Assembly (NCBI RefSeq): GCF_009914755.1
Contig: NC_060939.1
Reading direction: 5' to 3' (one strand)
Source of the DNA: the human T2T-CHM13v2.0 reference genome, Homo sapiens
DNA: 64,000 nucleotides
Below are positions 25,194 to 47,483 of this stretch, one piece after another; position 1 is the stretch's first letter, and every line of letters starts with the position of its first letter. The position numbers and the translations under genes were made by a program. Below the pieces are notes generated by a model, which saw nothing but the letters and a program-made list of their open reading frames with translations, had not been told where the DNA came from and ran no database searches.

Positions 25194-27749
25194 GAGTCAT
25201 AACACAAACTAAAATTAATTCTAAGGCATGTTAAAGATTTATATGAAAGCATTCATCTAATGGAGGTGTGCAAGAAGTGGCTATAAAAAATTTAGGGCAC
25301 CCAAAAGCAACCTGTAGGCTGAGCAGGGTAAGTACATCTGCAAGAGCAGCCAGATGGCTAGTTGGTCCCTGTGTGCAGCCTCTCTACCCACCCATGGTAT
25401 AGGTCCAGGAATGGAACTGTTTAGCTTCCCTAGGAAACAATGAATGTGGTGCTTGCATTGTGTTGCTGACACCATCAGAGAGGAAATGGAAGTCCCAGTG
25501 TCCAGAAGCTAAACAGAAACACACACACACAAAAGACAGAAGGAAAGAAAAAAAGGGCCAAAATATCCCACAACAAAGGGAAATATAGTCATGATACATG
25601 CTTAACTTCAGAAAAGACTTATATAATAATTATATCAAAATCATAATGTAAACACTGTGCAATGATTTTCAACTTTTAGAATCAACCAAAAAGAAATAGC
25701 AGAATATATCATCCCGGCTGCAGAATCAATTGTAAAAGTTGTCATCCATAACAATGTCAAAGTAAAAGAGTAGATAACAAAGGAGAAGAGATGGAAGTTA
25801 AAAAGAAACAAAGAAACGTATAGGGGGCAAGTTCCCTCATCTTCCAAAGTGAAGAGAAAGATATTGCCTATAGTTGATAAAATAAGAAGTAAAGATATAC
25901 ATGTATACTTTGAATTCACAAAGGTAATTAATAAAAGAAATAAAAGTCTCATATTGGGATGGGAATGTGATAAAAAGTGAGGTAAATCCTTATCCATCAT
26001 TGTAATACATCACTTGCCATATCTAGTCTTGACATATAAAAAAATTAAGAACAATTTTAATGGTATGAAGAAAATGATCAGAAAAATTAAAACCAGAAAT
26101 AGTTAAAAGGATTGCTTTCAGCAGTGAGTCTAGGGTAGAAAGATTTGGGCAAGGTGTCATTATTTCACACTTTAGGAACTTCTATATCATTTTCTTTAAC
26201 TATTGAATGTATTACTTTAAAAAATTAATAAATATTTTTTAAATTCCAGATTCCAGAATGGTTCTTCCTTTAATATACGTATTATCTTTGTTTTTACAAC
26301 TAGGATGGCATTTGTATAACATAACATACACAAGTAAGTATTTAATTCTTAAAATAATTCTGCCAGGAAAAAATTATTATCCTTCACTAATAAGTGGGAA
26401 AAGTGAGCTGAGAAATGCTAATGACTTGCCCAAGATGACTCAATAAGTTATATCTTTGAGAGTTATAAAATCTTAAAATATTGACTATGTCTCACAGATG
26501 TCTCATGAAGAATCTCACTTTATAGATAAAAATGTAATGTCAACAAAGATACAAAATTTCCCACTGGGTCACAAGGATTTAATGCGTGAGCATGGTTCCT
26601 GTTTCTTTCTCTGTGGGACATGGTGACCACCTATGTATGCATCAGAAAGCTAGAAGCAGGAGGAAGTAGGCAAGAACCAGTGGCCTCACCACAACCCTTT
26701 GACATAGGCGTTATTATTAACCACATTCTATACTCAGGGCAATAGCGCCAGAAGTAAGCACTGTGTTCATCAAGGTTGCACAGATGGTCATTTGTGGAAG
26801 AGGAATTTGACTCAAACCCTGGGACACCAGAGCCATGCCCTCTATCATTAAGGGGGGACATGGGAAGAAAAAGGGAAATCCAACTCACCTGTGAATGGAT
26901 CACGTGGTGGTTGTAGTGATTCTCTGACTGCAGAGTCTAGGGCAATGTTTTTCTCTTCTCAGATTCTCAGTTTTCTCATCTGTGAAATGAGGAGTTGTGC
27001 TAGATTACCTCCCAGTTATGCTTGAACTTGTAATGCAGCAATTCAAACAATTCTTGGAAACAGAGACAAGGGCCTAGGAGAGTGCTGGCACATTATACAC
27101 ACTTGGTTATGTTTACTGAATAAATGACTAAGTAAAGAAAACAATTTGATAAGATTAGAAATTTCTGAAGACTCCATGAACTGTCACGTGGCCAGAGAAA
27201 AGAAAGCATCAAACCCATCTCTCTCTGGATTCACTGACTGTCATTCTTCTCTGAAGTAACTTCGATTCACCAGGTTTATGCAGGTTTGATTAAAAACAAT
27301 AATAACAGCAACAGAAGTCCAGATGTAAAGGTGTGCCCTGCTATCGAGAGAGGGAAGGGGTGTGGAAGGCTCTGTTCTTTAAATAACCCTGGGGTCCTGG
27401 GGTCTCTTTGCAACAGCCCCTGTCTGGGCACCACATCTCAGGAGTGTGTATTTTCGCACCCAACCCCTAAGCCACTTGACACATAGCAAGTACTTGGTAA
27501 GAAATACTTTCCACATCACCAGCAGTTTATGGGTTTCTCCCCTTTCTTACATATGTCGCCTAGAACTTTCTTCCAAAATCAATTAAGCTTTGAAATATAA
27601 AGCTGGGCAGAGAAACTATGATCAGATCTCAATAACTAGATTGTATTTGTCCAAAATCCTTGGTTGCTAGTATCGGAAATACACAGAGCTCGAGTGATCA
27701 CAAAGAAAGTGTTTGTCTGATATTCTAAAATCAATCATTGGAATTCTCA

Positions 27750-28400
27750 ATATTAACAGACTATAAAGGAAAAATCATATGGTCATGTCAGAAGACATGA
27801 AAAAGCCTTTGATAACATCCAACATCCGTTCCTGATTAAAAAAAAAAAAAGCTCTCAGCCAACTAACAGCAGAAGAGACCTTCCTCAACCTGATAAAGGA
27901 CATCTATGAAAAAACCTACAGATAACATCATACTTAATGGTGAAAGACTGAAACGCTTTTCCCCTAAAGTCAGGAACAAGACAAGGGTGTTGGCTCTCAC
28001 CATCTCTTTTCAACGCTGTACAGGAAATTCTAGCTGATGTAGTCAGGCAAGAAAAATAAGTGAAAGGAATCCAGATTGGAAAGGAAGAAGTAAAATTGCC
28101 TTTATTCACAGACATCGGGATCATCTTCATAGAAAATCCACACAAAAATTTACTAAGACTAATAGTAAGTTCAGCAAGACTGTAGGATATAAGATCAATA
28201 TACAAATTTCAATTGTATTTCTATATACTAGCAATGAATAAACATTAGAATTTAAAAACAATATTATTAACAATGGCATAAAATAGCATAAAAACAGTAG
28301 CATAAAATACTTAGGGATAAGTCTGACAAAGGATGTGAAAGACCTGTATATTGAAAACTATAAAATATTGCAGAGAAACATTAAAGAAAGAAAGAAAATT
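27750..28400 (+). mobile_element. Old L1M ORF2 fragment (outer host of the nest; resumes at about 38147-38538 and 44614-45045)
   Basis: Degenerate reverse-transcriptase region: AAAAAGCCTTTGATAACATCCAACATCC, CATCATACTTAATGGTGAAAGACTGAAACGC. Confidence 0.8.
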
Positions 28401-29275
28401 AGGAATACTTAACCATGTAACCCTGGGGCAAGTTTTCCTCCTCCCTATTCAACCTGTAGCTGATGCACTCCTGAAAACACCACCTCCTGGCTGGAGGCCA
28501 ACCACACAAAACCAGCGCATTAAACAAAAACACAACCAAGGATCTTCAGAGTCCACTGCACTCCCCTGCTCCCTCCACCGGAGCAGGTGCTGGTATCCAC
28601 AGCTGAAAGACCTGAAGACAGATCACATCATAGGACTCTTTGCAGACACTCCCTAGTACCAGCCCAGAGACTGGTAGCTCCACTGAGTGGCTAGACTCAG
28701 AAGGGCAAAAGCAATCACTGCAGTTCAGCTCTCAGGAAGCCCTATTCCTAGGGGAAGAGGGAGAAAACCACATAAAGGGAGCACCTAGTGGGACAAAAGA
28801 ATCTGAACAGCAGCCCTGGAGTCCCAGATCTTCCCTCTGACATAGTCTACCCAAATGAGAAGAAACCAGAAAAACAATTCTGGTAATATGACAAAACAAG
28901 GTTCTTTCGCAGCCCCAAAGATCACACTAGCTCACCAGCAATGGATCCACACCAAGATGAAACTTCTAAATTCCCAGAAAAAGAATTCAGAAGAATTATT
29001 AAGCTAATCAAGGACGCACCAGAGAAAGGTAAAGTCCAATGTAAAGAAACCAAAACATGATACTGGATATGAAAGGAAAAATCTTCAGTGAAAGAAATAG
29101 CATAAACAAAAAACAATCACAACTTCTGGAAATCAAGGACACACTTAGAGAAATGCAAAATGCACTGGAAAGTCTCAGCAATAGAACCGAACAAGCAGAA
29201 GAAAGAACTTCAGAGCTTGAAGACAAGACTTTCTAATTAACCCAATCCATCAAAGACAAAGATAAAAGAATTTTA

Positions 29276-29584
<309 letters not shown>

Positions 29585-30509
29585 AAATGAACAAAGCCTC
29601 CACAAAGTTTAGGACTATGTTAAACATCCAAACCTGAGAATAATTGGTGTTCCCCAGGAAGAAGAGAAATCTAAAAGTTTGGAAAACATATTTGAGGGAA
29701 TACTTGAGGAAAACTTCCCTGGCCTTGCTAAAGATCTAGACATTCAAAATCAAGAAGCTCAAAGAACATCTGGGAAATTCATCGCAAAAAGATCATCGCC
29801 TAGGCACATATGCATCCGGTTATCTAAAGTCAAGATGAAGGAACAAATCTTAAGAGCTGTGAGGCGAAAGTATCAGGTAACTATAAAGGAAAACAGAGTA
29901 ACAGCAAACTTCTCAGCAGAAACCCTACAAGTGAGAAGGGATTGGTGTCCTATTTTTAGCCTCCTTAAACAAAACAATTATCAATCAAGAATTTTGTATC
30001 CAGTGAAACTAAGCTTCATAAATGAAAGAAAGATGCAGTATTTTCCAGACAAACAAATGCTGAGAGAACTCACCACTACCAAGCCAGCACTTCAAGAACT
30101 GCTAAAAGGAGCTCTAAATCTTGAAACAAATCCTCAAAATACACCAAAATAGACCCTCCTTAAAGCATATGTCTCACAAGACCTATCAAACAATAACACA
30201 ATGAAAAAAAAAAAACAAGGTATTCAGGCAATAAGTAGCACAATGAATAGAATAGTGTGTCACATCTCAAAACTAATGTTGAATGTAAATGGCTTAAATG
30301 CTCCACTTAAAATATACAGAATGGCAGAATGGATAAGAATTCACCAACCAAGTTTCTGCTATCCTCAGGAGACTCACCTAACACATAAGGACTCACATAA
30401 ACTTAAGGTAAAAGGGTGGAAAAAGATAGTCCATGCAAAGGACACCAAAAGTGAGCAGAAGTAGCTATTCTTATATCAGACAAAACAAACTTTAAAGCAA
30501 AAGCAGTTA

Positions 30510-30945
30510 AGTCTTGGAACCAACCCAAATGCCCATCAATGATAGACTGGATAAAGAAAATGTGGCACACATGCACCATGGAATACTATGCAGCCATTTT
30601 AAAAAAGGATGAGTTCATGTTGTTTGCAGGGACATGGATGAAACTGGAAACCGTCATTCTCAGCAAAGTAACACAAGAAGAGGAAACCAAACACCGCATG
30701 TTCTCACCCATAAGTGGGAGCTGAACAATGAGAACACATAGACACAGGGAGGGGAACATCACACACCAGGGCCTGTCAGTGGGTGGAGGGCTGGGGGAGG
30801 AATAGCATTAGGAGAAATACCTAATGTAAATGACGAGTTGATGGGTGCAACAAACCAACATGGCACATGTATACCTATGTAACAAACCTGCACGTTGTGC
30901 ACATGTACCCCAGAACTTAAAGTATAACAATAAAAAAAGGAAAAA
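30510..30945 (+). mobile_element. 5'-truncated L1PA 3' end (about PA6-8)
   Basis: L1PA 3'UTR inserted in the endonuclease-coding region of the L1PB host, which resumes at AAAGACAAAGAG. Confidence 0.85.
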
Positions 30946-31777
30946 CTTTAAAAAAAAAGACAAAGAGAGACATTATGTAATGATAACAGGACTAGTCCAA
31001 CAGAAAAATATAACAATCCTAAATATATATGCACCTAATATTGGAGCTCCCAAATTTATAAAGCAATTACTACTAGACCTAAGAAATGAGATAGAGAGCA
31101 ACACAATAATAGTGGGAGATTTCAGTACTCCACTGACAGCACTAGACAGGTCATCAAGACAGAAAGTCAACAAAGAACAATGGACTTAAACTATACCCTA
31201 CAACAAATGGACTTAACAGATATTTACAGAACATTCTACCCAACAACTGCAGAATATACATTCTATTATCAGCACATGGAACATTCTCCAAGATAGACCA
31301 TATGATAGGCCACAAAATAAGTCTCAGTAAATTTAAGAAAATTGAAATTATAACAAGTACTCTCTCACACCACAGTGGAATAAAATTAGAAATCAGCTCC
31401 AAAAGGAACCATCAAAACCAGGCAAATACATGGAAATTAAATAACCTGCTCCTGAATGATTGTTGGGTCAACAATGAAATCAAGATGGAAATTTAAAAAT
31501 TTTTTGAACTGAATGATAATAGTTGCACAACCTATCAAAATTTCTGGGATACAGCAAAAGCAGTGCTAAGAAGAAAGTTCACAACATTAAATGCTTATAT
31601 AAAAAAGTCTGAAAGAGCACAAATAGACAATCTATGGTCACACCTCATGGAACTGGAGAAACAAGAACGATCCAAAACCAAACCCAGCAGAAGAAAAGAA
31701 ATAATGACAATCAGAGCAGAACTAAATGAAATTAAAACCAAAAAAATACAAAAGATAATTGAAACAAAAAGCCGGTT

Positions 31778-32178
<401 letters not shown>

Positions 32179-34573
32179 TCAAGGCTACTATGAATGCCCA
32201 CACACATAAACTAAAAAACCCAGAGGACATGGATAAATTCCTGGAAATATACAACCCTCCTAGATTAAACCAGGAAGATATAGAAACCCTGAACAGACCA
32301 ATAACAAGCAGCGAGATTGAAATAGTAATAAAAAAATGCCAACAACAAAAAAGTCCAGGACCAGACAGATTCACAGCTGAATTCTATCAGACATTCAAAG
32401 AAGAACTGATGCCAATCCTGTTGACACTATTCCACAGGGGAGAGAGAGACAGAGAGAGACAGAGAGAGAGAGAGAGAATCCTCACTAAATCATTCTATGA
32501 TACCATTATAACCCTAATATCAAAACCAGAGAAGGACATAACAAAAAAAGAAAACTATATACCAACATCCCTGATGAACACAGATGCAAAAATCCTCAAT
32601 AAAATACTAGCTAACCAAATACAACAGCATATCAAAAAGATAATCCACCATGATCAAGTGGGTTTCACACCAGAGATGCAAGGGTGGCTTAACATCTGCA
32701 GGTCAATAAGTGTGATACACCACATAAACAGAATTAAAAACAAAAATCAAATGATCATCTCAATAGATGCAGAAAAAGCATTTTACAAGATCCAGCATCT
32801 CTTTATGGTTAAAACTCTCAGCAAAATTGGCATAGAAGGGACACACCTTAAGGTAATAAAAGCCATCTATGACAAACACACAGCCAACATTATACTGAGT
32901 GGGGAAAAGTTGAAAGCATTCCCCCTGAGAACAAGAACAAAACAGGGATACCCATTTTCATCACTTCTATTCAATAGAGTACTGGAAGTCCTAGCCAGAG
33001 CAATCAGATAAGAGAAAGAAATCGAGTGCATCCAAATTGGTAAAGAGGATGCCAAACTCTCACTCTTTGCTGATGATATGATCATATATATAGAAAACCC
33101 TAAAGACTCATCCAAGAAACTCGTAGAACTGGTAAATGCATTCAGCAAAGTTTCAGGATACAAATTAATGTACACAAATCAGTAGCTCTGCTATACACAA
33201 ACAGCGACCAAGCTGAGAATCAAATCAAGAACTCAACCCCCTTTACAATAGCTGCAAAAAATAAAATAAAATACTTAGGAATATACCTAACCAAGTATGT
33301 GAAAGACCTCTACAAGGAAAACTACAAAACACTGCTGAAAGAAATCATAGATGACATAAACATGGAAACACATCCCATGCTCATGGATAGGTAGAATCAA
33401 TATTGTGAAAATGGCCATACTGCCAAAAGCAATCTACAAATTCAATGCAATTCCCATCAAAATACCACGATCATTCTTCATAGAACTAGAAAAACAATCC
33501 TAAAATTCATATGGAACCAAAAAAGAGCCTGCATAGCCCAAGCAAGACTAAGCAAATGTGGAGGCATCACATTACCTGACTTCAAACTATAAGGCCATAG
33601 TCACCAAAACAACATGATACTGGTATAAAACTAGGCACACAGACCTATGGAACAGCATAGAGGACCCAAAAATAAAGCCAAATACTTACAGTCAACTGAT
33701 CTTTGGCAAAGCAAACAAAAACATAAAATGGGGAAAGGACACCCTATTCAACAAATGGTGCTGGGAGAATTGGCTAGCCACATGTAGAAGAATGAAACTG
33801 GATCCTCGTCTCTCACCTAATAATAAAAATCAACTCAAGATGGATCAAAGGCTTAAATTAAGACCAGAAAACATAAAAATCTAGAAGATAACACTGGAAA
33901 AACGCTTCTAGACATTATCTTAGGCAAATACTACATGCCCAAGAACCCAAAAGCAAATGCAACAAAAACAAAGACAAATATATGGGACTTAATTAAATTA
34001 AAAAGCTTCTGCACAGCAAAAGAAATAATCAGCAGACTTAACAGACAACCCACACAGTGGGAGAAAATCTTCAGAACCTATACATCTGACAAAGGACTAA
34101 TATCTAGAATCTACAAAGAACTCCAACAACTCAGCAAGAATAAAACAATCCCGTCAAAAAGTGGGCTAAGGACACGATAGACCAATTCTCAAAAGAAGAT
34201 ATACAAATGGCCAACAAGCATATGGAAAAATGCTCAACATCACTAAATATCAGGGAAATGCAAATCAAAACCAAAATGTGATACCACCTTGCTCCTGCAA
34301 GAATGGCCATAGTCAAAAAATAAAAAAATAATAGATGGCATGGATGTGGTAAAAAGGAAACACTTTTACACTGTTGGTGGGAATGTAAACTAGGATAGCC
34401 ACTGTGAAAATCAGTGTGGAGATTCCTTAAAGAACTAAAAGGAGATCTATAATTTGATCCAGCAATCCCACTCCTGGGTATCTACCCAGAGGAAAAGAAG
34501 TCATTATGCTAAAAAGATACTTGCATACGCATGTTTATAGCAGAACAATTTGCAATTGCAAAAACATGGAACC

Positions 34574-37742
<3,169 letters not shown>

Positions 37743-38392
37743 TTTTAAAAATATTTGGTGTATATATATGCATGCCATGGAATACTACTCAGTCATAAAA
37801 AGGAACAAAATAATGGCATTTGCAGCAACCTGGATGGAATTGGAGACCATCATTCTAAGTGAAGTAACTCAGGAATGGAAAACTGAACATTGTATATTCT
37901 CACTCATAAGTGAGAGCTAAGCTAAGAGGATGCAAAGGCATAAGAATGATACAATGGACCTTGGGGACTTTGGGGAAAGGGTGGGAGGGGGTGAGGGGTA
38001 AAAGGCTACACCTTGAGTACAGTGTACACAGTGATGGGTGCACCAAAATTTCAGAAATCACCACTAAAGAACTTATTCATGTAACCAAACACTACCTGTT
38101 TCCCCAAAACTTATTGAAATAAAAATAAATTGAATTTTTTAAAAAAGAGAATGCAAACACAAGCCACAGACTGGGAGAAAATTATTTTTTAAAAAAAAGA
38201 AAGGAAGAAAACTAAACATAGAATTACCCAACATATGGAAGAGAGGTTATCAGCTGTTGAGGAGAGAGGAGAATGGAGAGTTATTGCTTAAAGGGTGTAT
38301 GGAGTTTCTGTTTAGGATAATGAAAAAGTTTGGAAATAGTGGTGATGGCTACACAGCAATGTGAATGTACTTAATGCTACTAAACTGTATAC

Positions 38393-38992
38393 TTAAAAAT
38401 GGCTAAAATGGTAAATTTCATGATATGTATATTTTACCACAATAAAACACACACACACAACAAACACATAAGGAAACACATAGCCCAATTTTTTGAAAAG
38501 GGCAAAAGATTCGAATATACATATTACTGAAAAAGATAGGGGAGCGCAGCCAAGATGGCTGAATAGGAACAGCTCCCGTCTACAGCTCCCAGTGTGAGCG
38601 ACGCAAAAGAGGGGTGATTTCTGCATTTCCATCTGAGGTACCGGGTTCATCTCACTAGGGAGTGCCAGACAGTGTGTGCAGGACAGTGGGTGTAGCGCAC
38701 CGTGCACGAGCTGAAGCAGGGCCAGGCATTGCCTCACTCGGGAAGTGCAAGGGGTCAGGGAGTTCCCTTTCCTAGTCACAGAAAGGGGTGACAGACGGCA
38801 CCTGGAAAATCGGGTCACTCCCACCCTAATACTGCGCTTTTCCGATGGGCTTAAAAAACGGCACACCAGGAGATTATATCCTGCGCATGGCTCGGAGGGT
38901 CCCACACCCACGGAGTCACACTGATTGCTAGCACAGCAGTCTGAGATCAAACTGCAAGGCAGCAGCGAGGCTGGGGGAGGGGCGCCCGCCAT
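38393..38992 (-). CDS. L1 ORF0 frame, open for 199 codons
   Basis: Begins MAGAPPPASL...SLISDCCASNQ, the ORF0 N-terminus, and runs through the 5'UTR into flanking DNA. Expression is unknown. Confidence 0.5.
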   Translation of the reverse strand: MAGAPPPASLLPCSLISDCCASNQCDSVGVGPSEPCAGYNLLVCRFLSPSEKRSIRVGVTRFSRCRLSPLSVTRKGNSLTPCTSRVRQCLALLQLVHGALHPLSCTHCLALPSEMNPVPQMEMQKSPLFCVAHTGSCRRELFLFSHLGCAPLSFSVICIFESFALFKKLGYVFPYVFVVCVCFIVVKYTYHEIYHFSHF

Positions 38993-39446
38993 TGCCCAGG
39001 CTTACTTAGGTAAACAAAGCAGCCTAAAGCTCGAACTGGGTGGAGCCCACCACAGCCCAAGGAGGCCTGCCTGTCTCTGTAGGCTCCACCTATGGGGGCA
39101 GGGCACAGCCAAACAAAAAGACAGCAGTAACCTCTGCAGACTTAAATGTCCCTGTCTGACAGCTTTGAAGAGAGCAGTGGTTCTCCCAGCACACAGCTGG
39201 AGATCTGAGAACGGGCAGACTGCCTCCTCAAGTGGGTCCCTGACCCCTGACCCCTGAGCAGCCTAACAGGGAGGCACCCCCCAGCAGGGGCACACTGACA
39301 CCTCACAGGGCCCAGTACTCCAACAGACCTGCAGCTGAGGGTCCTGTCTGTTAGAAGGAAAACTAACAAACAGAAAGGACATCCACACCAAAAACCCATT
39401 TGTACATCACCATCATCAAAGACCAAAAGTAGATAAAACCACAAAG

Positions 39447-44347
<4,901 letters not shown>

Positions 44348-45049
44348 GTGGGAATTGAACAATGAGAACACATGGACACAGGAAGGGGAATATCACACTC
44401 TGGGGACTGTTTTGGGGTGGGGGGAGGGGGGAGGGATAGCATTAGGAGATATACCTAATGCTAAATGAGAAGTTAATGGGTGCAGCACACCAGCATGGCA
44501 CATGTATACATATGTAACTAACCGGCACATTGTGCACATGTACCCTAAAACTTAAAGTACAATAATAATAAAATAAATAAATAAATAAAAATAAAGAAAG
44601 AAAGAAAAAGATATATAGATGGAAAATAAATTTTGACAGGTGCTCAATATCATTAACTAGTCTTTAGGGAAGTGCAAATTTAAAACTCCAATAAACTAAC
44701 CACACTAAGTGTTGGTGAGGATGTGAAGGAATTGGAACTTTTTGTACATTACTGGTGAGAACATAAAATGGTACAACCACATTTTGGCAGCTTCTTAAAG
44801 AGTTAAACATCCACCTACCCAGCATATACCTATACAAAGACTTGTAAATGAATGATCATGACAGTTTTATTTGTAATATCCCCAAATGCAAGCAATCCAA
44901 ATGCTGAACAGGTAAACAGACAAGCAGAGTGTAGAATATAGAATATACAATGGAATAAACAATTATGAACTAGGTATACCTGCAACGATATAAATGAATC
45001 TCAGAATAACTATTGAGTAGGGGAAGCCAGACTGAAGGAAAGAACGGAT

Positions 45050-45770
45050 GTTCCTTTTTATGGCCGCTTAGCATTCCATGGTGTATAGGTACCACATTTT
45101 CTTCATCCAATCCACTGCTGATGGGCATCTAGGTTGATTCCATGTCTTTGCTATTGTAAACAACGCTTTGATGAACATATGGGTGCACGTGCCTTTTTGA
45201 TAAAATGACTTACTTGCCTTTGGGTATATACCTAGTAATGGATTGCTGGGTCGAATAGCAGTTCTAAGTGCTTTCAGAAATCTCCAAACTGCCTTCCACA
45301 GTGGCTGAACTAGTTTTTATTCCCAGCAAGTGTATAAGGGTTCCCTCTTCCCCGCAGCCTCACAAGCATTGGTTGTTTATTGACTTTTTCATAATCGCCA
45401 TTCTGACCGGTGTGAGACGTTATCTCATTGTGGTCATGTCCTTCGCAGCAACATGGATGGCAGCCATTGTCCTAAGGAATTAACCCAAGAATGGGAAACC
45501 AAATAACGCATGTTCTCACTTATAAGTGGGACCTAAACATTGAATACACATAGACATAAAGATGGGAGCAGCAGACACTGGGGACGACTAGGGAGGGAGG
45601 GAGGCAGGGAGGGAGTGGAACAGAACGTGGGCTGAAAAACTACTACTCACTACCTGGGTGACTGGATCATCTGTACCCCAACCTTCAGCACCCTGCAATA
45701 TACTCATGAAACAAACCTGCACATGTACCCTTTAATCTAAAATAAAAGTTGAAATTGTTTTTTTAAAAAA
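45050..45770 (+). mobile_element. 5'-inverted (twin-primed) older L1PA/PB 3' element
   Basis: 45051-45433 is antisense L1 and 45434-45770 is the sense 3'UTR. The breakpoints are nearly adjacent in the consensus (GCCATAAAAAGGAA / TCATGTCC). Confidence 0.8.
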
Positions 45771-46399
45771 GAGCACATAGTATATTATTCCATTTACATA
45801 AAATTTTAGAAAACACAAATGAATGTGTTGACAAATCAGTGGTTGCCTGGAGAAGGGGGAGTGCAGAGAGGTACATGGGGAATAAATTATAAAGGGACTG
45901 GAGGAGATGTTTGGAGGTGGTGAATGTGTTCACTATGTTGATTGCGGTGATGATTTCATGGACGTACACATCTGTAGAAACGTCGGTGTGTACATATGTT
46001 GTATTCTCAAATTGTCCACTCTGAGTACGAGCAGTGGGGATTAAGAGGAAAATAATAGTAGAGAACAAAATCAGAGCTTGGCATGGCTCTCTGCTGGCAC
46101 CGTGCAGGGTGTGATTACATCAGATCTGTGCAACTCAGATCTTGGGGAGGGGTTGGGGGGTGGAAGGTGGAGGGAGGAAGGGAGAGAAAACAGAGGGCGG
46201 GAAGAAGGGAAGGAAGTGAAGAAGGGAATGAGGGACGGAAAGAGAGAGACAGCGAAGAGAGGAGAAAGGTGAGTGCATTCTGGAAATCACCGGCAGCTCC
46301 GCTCCGCAGAAAGGCCTTGGCCTGTGCCATCTGAGGGTGAAGTTACGTGGTTATCAAATTCCCCTTCCCTGGAGCCCCTGGCAAGAAGTTGATGCCAGA

Positions 46400-47280
46400 A
46401 ACAGACGGAGGGGGTGCGAGGAGGGAGGGAATCAGACCTTTTGTTTCTCTTTTTCCCCCTAGGACCTGGTCTCATGCTTCTCCCCCTCATCTCTCCCAGG
46501 GCACCCCTCCGACCCCCGCTGCGAGGGGTTTCCCGCGGGAGGTGGACGAAGCGTGGGCCAGGACAGGCGCCTGGCACTGGGGTTTCAGAGCCGCGAGTAG
46601 GCCCTGAAGGCCGGGAGGGACCGCCAGTCCCCACTGGAAGCCGCTTCCGTGCAGCCCGGGCCAGGTGCGCGGCGCCCCTCGCCTTCGCCTCCGCTTCTGC
46701 TCTTCCCCTCGCGGCCCCGCGCGCCCTGGGGCCTCCGCCCAGACCCCGGTGCAGCCCGGCCAGGCGCGGCCGCGGCGGCGTCTCCAGCGAGGGAAGGTCG
46801 TCCTCACGCGCTCCGGCCTCAGGGCGCCTCTCCGCCCGGCCTCGCAGCCTTCCCGTCCTGCCCACGGCCGAGGCCGCGGCTGTCGGGGTGGCCTGGACGG
46901 GTGCAGGGCTGGGCGGGGGCGGCAGGACTTGAACCGGCGCCTGCTCTCGCGGAGGCAGCAGCAGAGCTCACCCCTTTCTCGGGAAATGGTTTATCGTGGA
47001 TAAAACGCAGTCCCCAAAGCGAAGGTCCGACGGGCGGCCAGACGCACCCCGGGGACCTTCAGGTGGACACACGGGGCCTCCGCGCGCCGAGCCGCGAGGG
47101 AAGAGGGGCGGCGGGAGGGAGGGAGCAGTGGGCGGCCGGGGAGCCTGGCAGAAGAGGGGGGGCGAGCAGGGAAGGAGGGGCGTCGGGAGGCGGGGGGAGG
47201 GGCGGTGAGGACCCCAGTGGGGTGGGGGCGGGGTGGAGCCGAGAAGAGCCGGGAGAGTGGGGACCCTCTGGCCACTCCAG
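46400..47280. promoter_or_regulatory. CpG island, candidate lncRNA promoter (possibly CERS3-AS1)
   Basis: Dense CpG, GC boxes and G-runs. Nearby plus-strand donor AAG|gtgagt at 46268/46269 and acceptor tttttccccctag| at 46462/46463. The name rests on recalled locus order only. Confidence 0.75.
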
Positions 47281-47365
47281 AAAGACCTACTGGATCTCCT
47301 CTCCTGCCCTCGCTCACCCTTACCCTCTGTCTCCCATTCACTCTTCGGTTTGCTCTGGTGATTCA

Positions 47366-47483
47366 TTCTCTCTCTCTTTCTCCTTCCCTCCCTCCCTCCC
47401 TGTCTCTCCCTCCCTCCCTCTCTCTCCCTCCCTCCCTCTCTCTCCCTCCCTCCCTCTCTCTCCCTCTCTCCCTCCTTCCCCCA
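47366..47483. repeat. CT-rich low-complexity repeat (about 18-bp period)
   Basis: (CTCCCTCCCTCCCTCTCT)n-like, almost purely pyrimidine. Confidence 0.9.

Noticed and set aside
32437-32477. ER-rich insertion in the L1PB ORF2 remnant
   Set aside because: A GA microsatellite expansion in a dead element.
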